Below are positions 36,070 to 45,772 of a DNA stretch of 64,000 bases, piece by piece. The stretch lies in NCBI GenBank assembly GCA_001784475.1, contig MFRE01000022.1:44234-108233 (forward strand), read 5' to 3'. Each line of letters begins with the position of its first letter. Position 1 is the first letter of the stretch. This DNA is from Candidatus Magasanikbacteria bacterium RIFOXYD2_FULL_41_14. GTDB lineage: Bacteria; Patescibacteriota; Patescibacteriia; Magasanikbacterales; GWA2-37-8. A program made the position numbers and the translations under genes. The notes below the pieces were generated by a model, which worked only from the letters and a program-made list of their open reading frames with translations, searched no databases and was not told the DNA's origin.

Positions 36070-38973
36070 ATGTATAACGCCGATCAAAACGAACTCGAAA
36101 TATTAAAATATTGGCAAGACCACCAATGTTTTGAAAAATCAGTCGAACAACGTCCGGAAGATAAGCCCTATGTTTTTTATGATGGACCACCGTTTGCGAC
36201 CGGTCTGCCACATTATGGGCATATTTTGAGTTCGGTAATTAAAGATGTGGTGCCACGTTATTGGACCATGAAGGGCTATCGCGTGCGCCGGCGTTGGGGT
36301 TGGGATTGTCACGGGCTTCCAATTGAAAATATTATCGAAAAGGAATTAAAGATTTCTGGCAAGAAAGATATTGAAAATAAGTTGGGAGTTGATAAATTCA
36401 ACGATGCCTGTCGTTCCAAGGTTTTGACGTACACCAAAGAATGGAAAAAAATGGTGGACCGTGAAGGGCGCTGGATTGAATTTGATAATGCTTACAAAAC
36501 CATGGATCCCACTTATATGGAATCGGTTTGGTGGGCTTTGAAAACCATGTGGGACAAAAATTTGATCTACAAAGGCCGTAAAATGCTGATGTTTTGTCCG
36601 CGTTGTGAAACTCCGGTATCAAAAGCGGAAATCGCAATGGATAATAGTTATAAGGATATTACCGAATTGTCATTGACTGTCAGATTTAAATTGTTGGATG
36701 AGCCTGACACCTTTTTATTAGCTTGGACCACAACTCCTTGGACATTGCCAGCCCACATGTTTATTGCCGTTGGGCCAAAGATTGAATATGTAAAAGTAAA
36801 ATATAATAATGAATTTTATATTGTCGGTAAAAAACTGTTGGGTAATGTTTTTAAAGGTAAGGATTATGAGGTGGTACAAGATTTGTCCGCCAAGGATTTG
36901 GTCGGTAAAGAATATGAAGCTTTGTTTCCGTTTTATGCTAATATTAAAAACGGTTTGAAAGTTTGGGAGTATGAGAATGTGAGCGACGAAGAGGGGACAG
37001 GTCTAGTACATATGGCTGCGTTTGGCGATCAGGAAGAATTGGAATTTATGAACAAGAACGAGATTGAGACAATAGTTCATTTAAGTACCAAGGGGGAATT
37101 TGTTGAAGGTACTGGTTTTCTCACAGGTAAAAATATGAAGTCGCAGGATCGTGAAATCCGGAAATATTTGGAAGAGAATGACAAACTTTTTAGCGCTGTA
37201 AACTATACCCACTCCTATCCGTTTTGTTGGCGTTGTGATACACAGCTATTTTATAATCCAACAGTGGCTTGGTTTATCAACATCCAAAAAGTAAAATCAC
37301 GTCTGAGTGAGCTGAACGAGAAAATTAATTGGTTCCCAGATCATTTAAAACATGGGCGATTTTTGAATATTTTAGAGACCGCACCCGATTGGAATATTTC
37401 GCGTAATCGTTATTGGGCCACACCCTTGCCTTTTTGGCAATGTGAAAATGAAAAATGTGGCGAGTATGTTTGTGTGGGTAGTGTCAGCAAATTAAAAGAA
37501 ATGGCAGTTAATTTTAGTGAAGTTTATCAAACCGATAAAGTGGCAGATTTGGATTTGCATAAAGACAAAATGGATAAAATAAAATTAAAATGTGCGAAAT
37601 GCGAGAGCCAAATGACCCGCATACCTGAAGTAATTGATTGTTGGGTGGAAGCGGCCTCGATGCCTTTTGCTGAATTTCATTATCCTTTTGAAAATAGGGA
37701 AGTTTTTGAAAAACGTTTTCCGGGTCAGTTTATTGCTGAGTACATTGCTCAAACACGTGCTTGGTTTTATTATATGCACGCGATGTCGGTATTATTGTTC
37801 GATAACATTAGTTTTGAGAATGTGGTTTGTACCGGCACGATTTTAAATGATAAGGGCGAAAAGTTGTCTAAGTCAAAAATGAATTATACTGATCCTTGGG
37901 TGATTATTGAGCAGTATGGCGTAGATGCTTTGCGATATTATTTACTGACGAGCGTAGTTTTGCAGGCCGAGAATTTATTTTTTAATGACCGCGAAGTAAA
38001 AGAAATTTACAACAAGGTCGTTAATATGCTGTGGAACGTGGTGGAGTTTTATAAGATGTATGCGGTGGAGCCGGACGTATCTGATGAAAAAGCGAGAAAA
38101 CAAGTCAGTGATAATATTTTGGACAAATGGATTTTGACCAAAGTGTCGGTGCTTGTCAAAGAAGTGACGGAAAATATGGATAATTATGACACAGTGAAAG
38201 CCGGCCGTCCACTTAAGGAGTTTATTGATGAATTATCTACTTGGTATGTCCGCCGTTCACGTGATCGGTTTAAGGGCGAAGATATGGCTGATAAAATAAA
38301 CGCGAGTAATACCTTGCGCCACGTTTTAGTTTTGTTATCTAAATTAATGGCGCCGTTTACGCCATTTATCGCGGAAAAAATTTATTTGGAATTAACCGGT
38401 GGTAGGTACAAGGAATCAGTACATTTGGAAGATTGGCCAGAAATTAGAAAATCGGATGAAGAAGTTTTAGCGAATATGACCACAGTACGTAAAGTGGTAG
38501 AATTGGGCCTGTCACTTCGCGCTGAAGCTGGTGTAAAAGTTAGGCAAGTTTTGGGTCGGGCGGCTTTGGAAGAAAATAAGTTATCACTGGAGTATTTAGA
38601 AATTGTTAAGGACGAATTAAATGTAAAAGAAGTGGTGGCAGAAATTAACCAAAAAGGTGTATGGGTTTCTAAAGAGGAAGGTGGGTTAAAAGTTTCCCTA
38701 GATATGGAGCTAACTCCAGAGTTAAAAAGAGAAGGATTGGTGCGCGAAGTGGTGCGCGCCATAAATCAATTGCGTAAGGAAAGTGGCCTGACAGTGAGCG
38801 ATCAGGTTAATTTGGTTTATGAGACAACTGATGAAGATCTATCTAGCGTCCTCGTGCAGTATGGCGATACTGTTAAAACCGCTGTTCTGGCCGCTTCTTT
38901 GGAGCCTGGCGTTGGCCAAACCGATTTGTTGGTAGATGGGCGCGCTTTGCGAGTTAGTTTGACTAAAATTTAG
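36070..38973 (+). CDS. ileS: Isoleucine-tRNA ligase, type 2 (archaeal/eukaryote-like)
   Basis: FYDGPPFATGLPHYGH, WDCHGLP, WTTTPWTLP, WNISRNRYW, KLSKS, REGLVREVVRAINQLRK. Confidence 0.97.
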   Translation: MYNADQNELEILKYWQDHQCFEKSVEQRPEDKPYVFYDGPPFATGLPHYGHILSSVIKDVVPRYWTMKGYRVRRRWGWDCHGLPIENIIEKELKISGKKDIENKLGVDKFNDACRSKVLTYTKEWKKMVDREGRWIEFDNAYKTMDPTYMESVWWALKTMWDKNLIYKGRKMLMFCPRCETPVSKAEIAMDNSYKDITELSLTVRFKLLDEPDTFLLAWTTTPWTLPAHMFIAVGPKIEYVKVKYNNEFYIVGKKLLGNVFKGKDYEVVQDLSAKDLVGKEYEALFPFYANIKNGLKVWEYENVSDEEGTGLVHMAAFGDQEELEFMNKNEIETIVHLSTKGEFVEGTGFLTGKNMKSQDREIRKYLEENDKLFSAVNYTHSYPFCWRCDTQLFYNPTVAWFINIQKVKSRLSELNEKINWFPDHLKHGRFLNILETAPDWNISRNRYWATPLPFWQCENEKCGEYVCVGSVSKLKEMAVNFSEVYQTDKVADLDLHKDKMDKIKLKCAKCESQMTRIPEVIDCWVEAASMPFAEFHYPFENREVFEKRFPGQFIAEYIAQTRAWFYYMHAMSVLLFDNISFENVVCTGTILNDKGEKLSKSKMNYTDPWVIIEQYGVDALRYYLLTSVVLQAENLFFNDREVKEIYNKVVNMLWNVVEFYKMYAVEPDVSDEKARKQVSDNILDKWILTKVSVLVKEVTENMDNYDTVKAGRPLKEFIDELSTWYVRRSRDRFKGEDMADKINASNTLRHVLVLLSKLMAPFTPFIAEKIYLELTGGRYKESVHLEDWPEIRKSDEEVLANMTTVRKVVELGLSLRAEAGVKVRQVLGRAALEENKLSLEYLEIVKDELNVKEVVAEINQKGVWVSKEEGGLKVSLDMELTPELKREGLVREVVRAINQLRKESGLTVSDQVNLVYETTDEDLSSVLVQYGDTVKTAVLAASLEPGVGQTDLLVDGRALRVSLTKI

Positions 38974-38978
38974 CGATG

Positions 38979-39007
38979 TTGACAGCCCGTGTTCGGAGAG
39001 GTATAAT
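38979..39007 (+). promoter_or_regulatory. Consensus sigma70 promoter
   Basis: TTGACA-17-TATAAT. Confidence 0.85.
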
Positions 39008-39031
39008 AGGTATTGTTAATTTAATTTAAAT

Positions 39032-39100
39032 ATGGAACCAGAGCCTCCTTCGGTGGCGACGGAATACAATTATAATAATTTTTTAACCCAAGACCAATAA
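39032..39100 (+). CDS. Candidate leader peptide MEPEPPSVATEYNYNNFLTQDQ
   Basis: 22-codon uORF between promoter and ligase gene; stop lies inside terminator-like hairpin AACCCAAG/CTTGGGTT + T. Confidence 0.45.
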   Translation: MEPEPPSVATEYNYNNFLTQDQ

Positions 39101-39124
39101 AATGGCCCTTGGGTTTTTTAATCT

Positions 39125-41548
39125 ATGAATGCTCATAATTACAAAAAAGATTTTGGCGGTAAAACGGTTTTAATTCTTAGTTCCGGCACAGAACGCAACC
39201 GCTTTGTTTTTAATGTTGTCAATCGTTTGGGTTTAAAAACAGTTGTGCTGAACGACCGTGTTAATTGGAGTAAGCGTTTAGCAGATGATTTTATTCTGGC
39301 AGATAATTTTAATCACGCGCAAGTTTTAAATGTCCTGCGTTCTTATTTTTTAAAACACAAAGTGGCCGGTGTTGTTACTTTTTCCGAAGAAAATGTTGAA
39401 CTTCTAACTAAAGTTTGTCATGAATTTAATTTTATTGGCAACGGTCGCACTACTGCCGGTTACTTGCGTAATAAATACGCGATGCGGCAACGGTTCGCGG
39501 CTTGGCAGATTGACCAGCCAAACTTCGCGCTGGTTACGAACGATAGTGAATTGCAGATTGCCATTGCCAAGGTTGGCTTTCCAGCGATTATAAAACCGGT
39601 GGCTGGCACTGGCGGCGATTTTGTAGTTAAGGTTACTGATAAACATAATGCTCAAGAAATTTTTGATTTTATTAAAAAAAATGCCACTCCTAAATTTGAT
39701 CCCATATTTTTTCAAAATCAATATCAATTTTTGTACGAAAAATATTTACCGGGGGCCGAGGTTAGCGTGGAGGCGGTAACTCAAAACGGTCAAACTGATG
39801 TGGTAGCGATTGTGGATAAGCAGACCGGAGATGAGCCTTATTTTGTGGATTATAAACACAGTTTGCCTTCAAAATTAGATAGCGAAGAGCAAGAGATGGT
39901 AGAACGGCTAGTGTTTGCGGCGCATCGCGCTTTGGGGATTATGAACGGGATAACTCATACGGAGATTATAATGAGAAAAGACCGGCCGGCAATAATTGAG
40001 GTGGCCGGACAGATGGGCAGTCAATATATTTGGGATGGGGTGCGTACTACCTGGGGAGTTGATTTGGTGGAGCAGGCGTTTCGGGTTGCTTTGGGGCTGC
40101 CTATTACTACTCATCAACGGGCTTTGGAGCCAAAAAAATACTGGGCTTGTCAATATTTAGAAATTGAAAAATCAGGGATTGTGGCGGCCATTCACGGTGC
40201 CGATGAGGTGGCCAAGATAAAAGGCGTAAGAGATTTGTATTTAGACAAAGAAGTTGGTGACGCGGTTTTAGTTCCGCCCTTAAGTTTTGACACGATTGGT
40301 TGGCTAGCGGCAGAAGGGGAGAGCCATTCGGAGGTGGATGATGTGGTGAGCGCAGGAGTGGATAAATTAGAAATCCAAACCATTTCTTTTGATGCTGAAT
40401 CATCTGTTGGCCAAAGTGAACGTCGGAATAATTTTTCATCGGCGTTTGTAATGAAGAAAAAATATCTGGCGCAGGCACGGGTGGAAAAATTGCGCCGTTT
40501 GGATATTAAAAATTTGCGCGGGTTGCACGTGGGTATTTTAGGCAATGTTTATAAAAATAATTCTAAAACCACGGAAAAAAATGAAATCGCCGGCGAACTT
40601 ATGTCGGTTGGCTACGGCGTTCAGAAAGTTTTGCAAGAGCGTGGTTACCGAGTGAGCTTTTTTGATATGAATGAAAGCCCTTTGCCTTTGGAAAAAATCC
40701 AAAAATCAGGTGTGGATATTATTTTTAATGTTTGTGAGCGTATTAATGATTCTAGCTTGCTTGAACCACACGCTGCGGCGGTTTTGGATATTTTACAGGT
40801 GCCTTATACCGGTTCCAACCCCTTAACTTTGGCTTTTTGTATTGATAAAATTAAAGTAAAAAAATTATTGTCTTATCATAATATTCCTACTGCCAAATTT
40901 GATGTGGCCTACACCATGGACGATAAAATTGACAGTGAGTTACGCTATCCGCTGATTGTTAAACCGGCTAACACTGACAATAGTATTGGTATTACCAATA
41001 AATCAGTTGTTAAAAATATAAAAGAATTAAACACGCAACTTCACGAGGTGATAGTGAAAGCCGGTCGGCCGGCGCTGGTGGAAGAATATATTGAAGGCGA
41101 CGAGTTTGATGTCTCTATTATTGGTAATGAGCAAGGTTTGGAAGTTTTACCATTATCGCGTTCTATTTTTGATAAAATGCCGAAAGGTTATTGGCATATT
41201 TATCCGTTTGAATCAAAGTTTGGTGATGTTCCCGCTTATGATCAAATTAAATTGCAACGGCCAGCGAAGGTGGTCACTAAATTATCTAAATTAATCACTG
41301 AAATTGCGATTGATACTTATAATATTCTAGGGGCGCATGATTACGCGCGGGTGGAGATGCGGATAGATAAAGATCACAATCCATATGTGATTGAGTTAAA
41401 CCCTAATCCGTCTATTGGCGCTGATACTTGCACTGCAAAATGTGCGGCTTTGGCTGGTTATGATTATGGTGATTTTTTGGAGTTGATTTTAAGTTCAGCC
41501 ATTAAACGTTATCAAAATAGGCCACCTTTTTCTCATTTGAGCAATTAA
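39125..41548 (+). CDS. Double ATP-grasp protein: amino-acid-ligase-like domain fused to D-Ala-D-Ala-ligase-like domain
   Basis: N: NKYAMR, FPAIIKP, EKYLPGAEVSVE, THTE, IIEV; C: PYTGS, DKIKVK, YPLIVKP, SIGI, EEYIEG, YARVEMR, IELNPNP. Confidence 0.88.
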   Translation: MNAHNYKKDFGGKTVLILSSGTERNRFVFNVVNRLGLKTVVLNDRVNWSKRLADDFILADNFNHAQVLNVLRSYFLKHKVAGVVTFSEENVELLTKVCHEFNFIGNGRTTAGYLRNKYAMRQRFAAWQIDQPNFALVTNDSELQIAIAKVGFPAIIKPVAGTGGDFVVKVTDKHNAQEIFDFIKKNATPKFDPIFFQNQYQFLYEKYLPGAEVSVEAVTQNGQTDVVAIVDKQTGDEPYFVDYKHSLPSKLDSEEQEMVERLVFAAHRALGIMNGITHTEIIMRKDRPAIIEVAGQMGSQYIWDGVRTTWGVDLVEQAFRVALGLPITTHQRALEPKKYWACQYLEIEKSGIVAAIHGADEVAKIKGVRDLYLDKEVGDAVLVPPLSFDTIGWLAAEGESHSEVDDVVSAGVDKLEIQTISFDAESSVGQSERRNNFSSAFVMKKKYLAQARVEKLRRLDIKNLRGLHVGILGNVYKNNSKTTEKNEIAGELMSVGYGVQKVLQERGYRVSFFDMNESPLPLEKIQKSGVDIIFNVCERINDSSLLEPHAAAVLDILQVPYTGSNPLTLAFCIDKIKVKKLLSYHNIPTAKFDVAYTMDDKIDSELRYPLIVKPANTDNSIGITNKSVVKNIKELNTQLHEVIVKAGRPALVEEYIEGDEFDVSIIGNEQGLEVLPLSRSIFDKMPKGYWHIYPFESKFGDVPAYDQIKLQRPAKVVTKLSKLITEIAIDTYNILGAHDYARVEMRIDKDHNPYVIELNPNPSIGADTCTAKCAALAGYDYGDFLELILSSAIKRYQNRPPFSHLSN

Positions 41549-41662
41549 CAGTAGATCGTCTGTTCGGTTTCAAAAAAATTTGACTTTTATCCATATATAT
41601 TGTATAAAAAGTATAGGGATTTTGCTTATTCCGAGTTTTTAATTCACAATAATCATATTTTT

Positions 41663-42649
41663 ATGAAAGTTGCCGAAGTATTTGACTTAGCGATTAAATT
41701 AGGTACGGCCGCTGATCCGCGCGGACAAAAGGGCGTGGCCCGTCATTTGGCACGCATGAAGAAACAATTTGACCGCCTTAGTGCCAAAGAGAAAGAGTTT
41801 TTTGATAAGGAAAAATTAACTAATCCGTACGCGGATTGCGCGATTAATTTTGACGATGGTAAGACCCAGGTTAAACGGGTTTTGGCTGGCATTGATATTG
41901 GTGGTTCAGAGATTTTACTCGCCAGTCAATTAAATGAACGTGGTAAAAAAATTGATTTGGTTAATGCACATCATCCCCAAGGCAAGGCGTTGGCAAATCT
42001 CCACGAAGTAATGGAAATGTTTACTGATGTTTATATTCAAAACGGTGTGCCGACACATATTGCGGAAAAAGTTACGGAAGAACGCTTAAAGGAAGTCGGG
42101 CGTGGCACTCACCCCATTAATCATTTTCAAGCGGTTGATGTCGCTCGTCATTTGGGCATTAATTTTATTAATACTCATACTATTACCGATAACATGGTTG
42201 ATAAATTTGTCGGAGATTATTTGGCGAAGCGGAAGCCGGATACTTTGGGCGATGTGGTGGAGTGTTTGATGGAATTACCGGAATATCAACAGGCCAAGAA
42301 AAACGGCGCTGGACCAAAAATTATTGCTGGCGCTCCCAATCATCGCGTTGGAAAAATGTTTATGGAAATGACCGGTGGCACTAATCCTTCGCCAAAAATT
42401 TATGAGCAATTTTCACGCTTTGGTATTAGCACAATTATCGGAATGCATATGCGCGATGAGTCCATGAAAAATGCTTCGGATGTTCACATGAATATTGTGA
42501 TTGCTGGACATATGGCGTCTGATTCGTTGGGTATGAATTTGTGGTTGGATGAATTGGAAAAACGCGGGATTGAAATCGTACCTTGTGGTGGTTTGATTCG
42601 GGTAAGTCGAAACAAATCCGCTCGAGGCGGACAGGAAAAGAAAAAATAG
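41663..42649 (+). CDS. NIF3-like (NGG1-interacting factor) metal-binding protein
   Basis: NPYAD, AGIDI, AHHP, HTITD, GMHM, AGHMASDSLGMN. Confidence 0.85.
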   Translation: MKVAEVFDLAIKLGTAADPRGQKGVARHLARMKKQFDRLSAKEKEFFDKEKLTNPYADCAINFDDGKTQVKRVLAGIDIGGSEILLASQLNERGKKIDLVNAHHPQGKALANLHEVMEMFTDVYIQNGVPTHIAEKVTEERLKEVGRGTHPINHFQAVDVARHLGINFINTHTITDNMVDKFVGDYLAKRKPDTLGDVVECLMELPEYQQAKKNGAGPKIIAGAPNHRVGKMFMEMTGGTNPSPKIYEQFSRFGISTIIGMHMRDESMKNASDVHMNIVIAGHMASDSLGMNLWLDELEKRGIEIVPCGGLIRVSRNKSARGGQEKKK

Positions 42650-42669
42650 TTCTAAAAATTAATAAAAAT

Positions 42670-42715
42670 AATACCTCCCGTAGGCCACTAAATGCTTTAT
42701 GGGGGTATTTTTTTT
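42670..42715 (+). terminator. Intrinsic terminator
   Basis: AATACCTCC..GGGGGTATT hairpin and T run. Confidence 0.65.
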
Positions 42716-42754
42716 GATTTACATGTTACGGTTTTTTTGCTATTATAACAATGT

Positions 42755-43318
42755 ATGATTTCACTTATCAACGGGCAAGTTGTCAGCAACAAAGACGGAC
42801 AAGTAGTTGTGAAAACCACTGGCGGGGTGGGGTATTTGGTTTTTGCGAGTTTGTCTGGTTTGAAAGAATGGGTAGTGGGGAAAGAAGCAGAAGTTTTGAC
42901 GTATTTGTCCGTGCGCGAAAATGCTTTGGATTTATTTGGATTTACCACTGAAGCCGAGCGAGGGTTATTTAAAAAATTACTAGATGTTTCTGGTATTGGT
43001 CCGAAGTCGGCTTTACATATTTTATCATTAGGCAGTGTGGAAGATATTAGCGCGGCGATTAATCGCGGTGATGTGGGGTATTTAACGCAAGTATCTGGCA
43101 TTGGCAAAAAAACCGCGGAAAGAATCGCGGTGGAATTAAAAAATAAATTAGCTGATTTAGGCGTGGTTGATGATGGTGGCCCAGTGGGGGACGCGGTAGC
43201 TGGTTTGGTGTCGCTCGGATATTCAGCCACAGACGCGCGAGTAGTAGTGAAAGGATTAAACCCATCTGGAAAATCTAGCGAAGCTTTGTTGAAAGAGGCA
43301 TTGCAGAAGATAAAGTAG
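42755..43318 (+). CDS. ruvA: Holliday junction branch migration protein RuvA
   Basis: GGVGY, VREN..LFGF, VSGIGPKSA, GIGKKTAERIAVELK. Confidence 0.97.
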   Translation: MISLINGQVVSNKDGQVVVKTTGGVGYLVFASLSGLKEWVVGKEAEVLTYLSVRENALDLFGFTTEAERGLFKKLLDVSGIGPKSALHILSLGSVEDISAAINRGDVGYLTQVSGIGKKTAERIAVELKNKLADLGVVDDGGPVGDAVAGLVSLGYSATDARVVVKGLNPSGKSSEALLKEALQKIK

Positions 43319-43420
43319 TTTGTTAATTATAGAATTATATCTATAATTAAATTGATAACTGTTTTAGTTATTCAGTAGAAGTTTAGTAAGTAATAAAAAA
43401 ATCGACCGCAAGGCCGATTT

Positions 43421-43448
43421 TTATGTCCGTACACGTGTACGGACATAA
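43421..43448. repeat. Perfect palindrome, copy 3
   Basis: TTATGTCCGTACACGTGTACGGACATAA. Confidence 0.9.
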
Positions 43449-43490
43449 GTATATATTGGTATATATCATGGTATATACCAAATTTTATCT

Positions 43491-44261
43491 TCAATCTTCA
43501 TTCTTTAATTTTTCATACGCTTCCCAACCGGCTCGGCGATATTTTTTTGCTTCTGCTACCGGGTCGGGAGCGGAAATTATTCCTCGTCCAACTATTATTA
43601 CATCTGTTCCAGCGTTTATAGCTGTTTTTGGGGTATTATATTGTTGACCCAGCGTATCATTGCCAACCGATAGTTGAACGCCCGGGGTTATATTGATAAA
43701 GCAGGGGTTGTCACTTAATTTTCGCTGGGTAACAAAGCCAATAACAAAATCTAAATTATCCTCTGCCATTTCCAAGGTTTTTTGGGCGTATAATTTATCA
43801 GTTAGAGCGCCCTTGGCGCTCATTTCTGCGAGTAGCAAGAGACCGCGCCTTTTGGAAAGGCCCGCTTCTCTAAGTCCATCAATAATACCCGGTCCAGGCA
43901 AAGAGTGAGCATTGATAATATGGGCCCAATCGGCAATACAATAGATCCCGTTTTGGTATTGCTTTTGCACAGTGGCGCCAATATCGGCAAATTTACGATC
44001 TTCAAAAATTAAAAAATTATGTTTTTCCGCGAGCCGTTGTAATTCAGCGACAAGATTGGCGTCAAAATCTTCGACAATGTCAATGTGTGTTTTTATTACA
44101 CAAATTTCTGGGCCAATACTGTCGGCCAGTTGGAGAATTTCCGATTTAGTGGTGACATCCGCCGCCAAACAAAGATTAGTTTGTTTTGAATCCATCAAAT
44201 ACAAAAGTTGTTTAGCAGTTGGATTGGCGCACAGAGTAGAGCGTTGGGAATAGGATAGCAT
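43491..44261 (-). CDS. pyrF: Orotidine-5'-phosphate decarboxylase (URA3/UMPS-like type)
   Basis: [47 protein letters not shown]. Confidence 0.95.
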   Translation of the reverse strand: MLSYSQRSTLCANPTAKQLLYLMDSKQTNLCLAADVTTKSEILQLADSIGPEICVIKTHIDIVEDFDANLVAELQRLAEKHNFLIFEDRKFADIGATVQKQYQNGIYCIADWAHIINAHSLPGPGIIDGLREAGLSKRRGLLLLAEMSAKGALTDKLYAQKTLEMAEDNLDFVIGFVTQRKLSDNPCFINITPGVQLSVGNDTLGQQYNTPKTAINAGTDVIIVGRGIISAPDPVAEAKKYRRAGWEAYEKLKNED

Positions 44262-44270
44262 AATATAATT

Positions 44271-44903
44271 TTAAACAGTCCAGGTCTCCGGGTCTTTATT
44301 CCATTTCATAGCAATTTCTTTGTCTTCGGGTTTTAAGTAATCGTTTTTTGAAGCGGTTTCAATTAATGTGGTAAAGTCGCTTAAATTATAGAGAGGGATA
44401 TTGGCTTGCTCAAAACTGATTTTTGATTTGTTCATCTGGTAATTAAATATTGCCAATACTCCCACTACTATTGCGTCATATTCGTCTTGGCAGGCCTGAG
44501 CTGATCGCAGAGAACTCCCGCCCGTTGATATTAGGTCTTCTACTATTAAAACTCTAGAATTTTTTGGCATTGTGCCTTCTACCATTTGACCGCGTCCATG
44601 GCCTTTAGGTTGGGGCCGCACATAAACCATCGGCTTATTAAGTTCGTTCGCTAAAAAAGCAGCCCATGGTATGCCAGCAGTGGCAGTGCCGGCAATTATA
44701 TCAAATTCTAGTTTTTTTTGCAATATTAAATCTATAAAAAATTTTATTATTTTATTTCTTTCATCCGGATAAGAAATTAATAAGCGATTGTCGCAATAAA
44801 TTGGTGCTTTAATTCCCGAAGTCCAAGTGTAGGGCGGGTCAACACTTAATGTTACAGCTTTGACTTCTAGCAAAATATTAGCTACCTCTTCAGCAACGTT
44901 CAT
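44271..44903 (-). CDS. pyrE: Orotate phosphoribosyltransferase
   Basis: WTSGIKAPIYCDNR, VEDLISTGGS. Confidence 0.96.
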   Translation of the reverse strand: MNVAEEVANILLEVKAVTLSVDPPYTWTSGIKAPIYCDNRLLISYPDERNKIIKFFIDLILQKKLEFDIIAGTATAGIPWAAFLANELNKPMVYVRPQPKGHGRGQMVEGTMPKNSRVLIVEDLISTGGSSLRSAQACQDEYDAIVVGVLAIFNYQMNKSKISFEQANIPLYNLSDFTTLIETASKNDYLKPEDKEIAMKWNKDPETWTV

Positions 44904-44913
44904 AAATTTAAAT

Positions 44914-45705
44914 TTAAAATTTAATAATATTTCCCGTTTTATCGCGGTGGTATTTACCTAATTCAAAAATTTGATTGGCGATTGTTCGGCTCATAACCGG
45001 ACCGTCCATGCAAGTACAAATTCCCAAATCATCTACCACGCATTGTCCGCAGACGCCAAAACCGCATTTCATATGGCGTTCCACGCTTACCTCGCATTTG
45101 GTATCATATTTATTAGCCAATGCCAGCACGGCCGTCTGCATTAATTCCGGACCGCAGGTGACAAGGATTCTCTTGTCGTCGTTTTGGTTTTCTAATAATT
45201 TTTCCAACACATCGGTCACGCGTCCTTTGGTTCCAGCCGAGCCGTCATCGGTAGTAATATGTAAATTTAAATTGGGGATTTTTTTTAAACGGTCTTCAAA
45301 TAATAATAAATCATGAGAGCGCGCGCCGACGATGAAATCTATTTTAGCACCATTAATTCGCTCTGCCAAATTTCCGAGTGGTGCCGCTCCGTATCCGCCG
45401 GCTACCATATAATAGTGATAGTCCGGTTTAATTGAATAGCTCGTTCCGAATGGGCCGGTAATGCCCACGCGGTCGCCCAAATTCAATTCAAATAATTTTT
45501 CGGTAAGTGGTCCCCGTTTAAAAACCGTCAAACCGAAAGTTTTGCCGTCATCAAACGAAATTGAAAATGGTTTTTGATCAACGTCCGGAATCCAGAGCAT
45601 AACAAATTGGCCGGGTTGGCTTTTTAAGTTGTAATCAAAGTAGAACGTCTTTATTGACGTATTTTCATCAATTATCTTGGAAATTTTTATAGTAAATGGT
45701 TGCAC
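44914..45705 (-). CDS. pyrK: Dihydroorotate dehydrogenase electron transfer subunit
   Basis: PGQFVM, GGYG, TDDGS, CGP, MKCGFGVCGQC. Confidence 0.94.
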   Translation of the reverse strand: MQPFTIKISKIIDENTSIKTFYFDYNLKSQPGQFVMLWIPDVDQKPFSISFDDGKTFGLTVFKRGPLTEKLFELNLGDRVGITGPFGTSYSIKPDYHYYMVAGGYGAAPLGNLAERINGAKIDFIVGARSHDLLLFEDRLKKIPNLNLHITTDDGSAGTKGRVTDVLEKLLENQNDDKRILVTCGPELMQTAVLALANKYDTKCEVSVERHMKCGFGVCGQCVVDDLGICTCMDGPVMSRTIANQIFELGKYHRDKTGNIIKF

Positions 45706-45772
45706 GTTTTAATTTTAGATTTAAAATTTAACCAATTGGATATGTGTCGTGTTGTGTGTTTTGTGTGTCATG

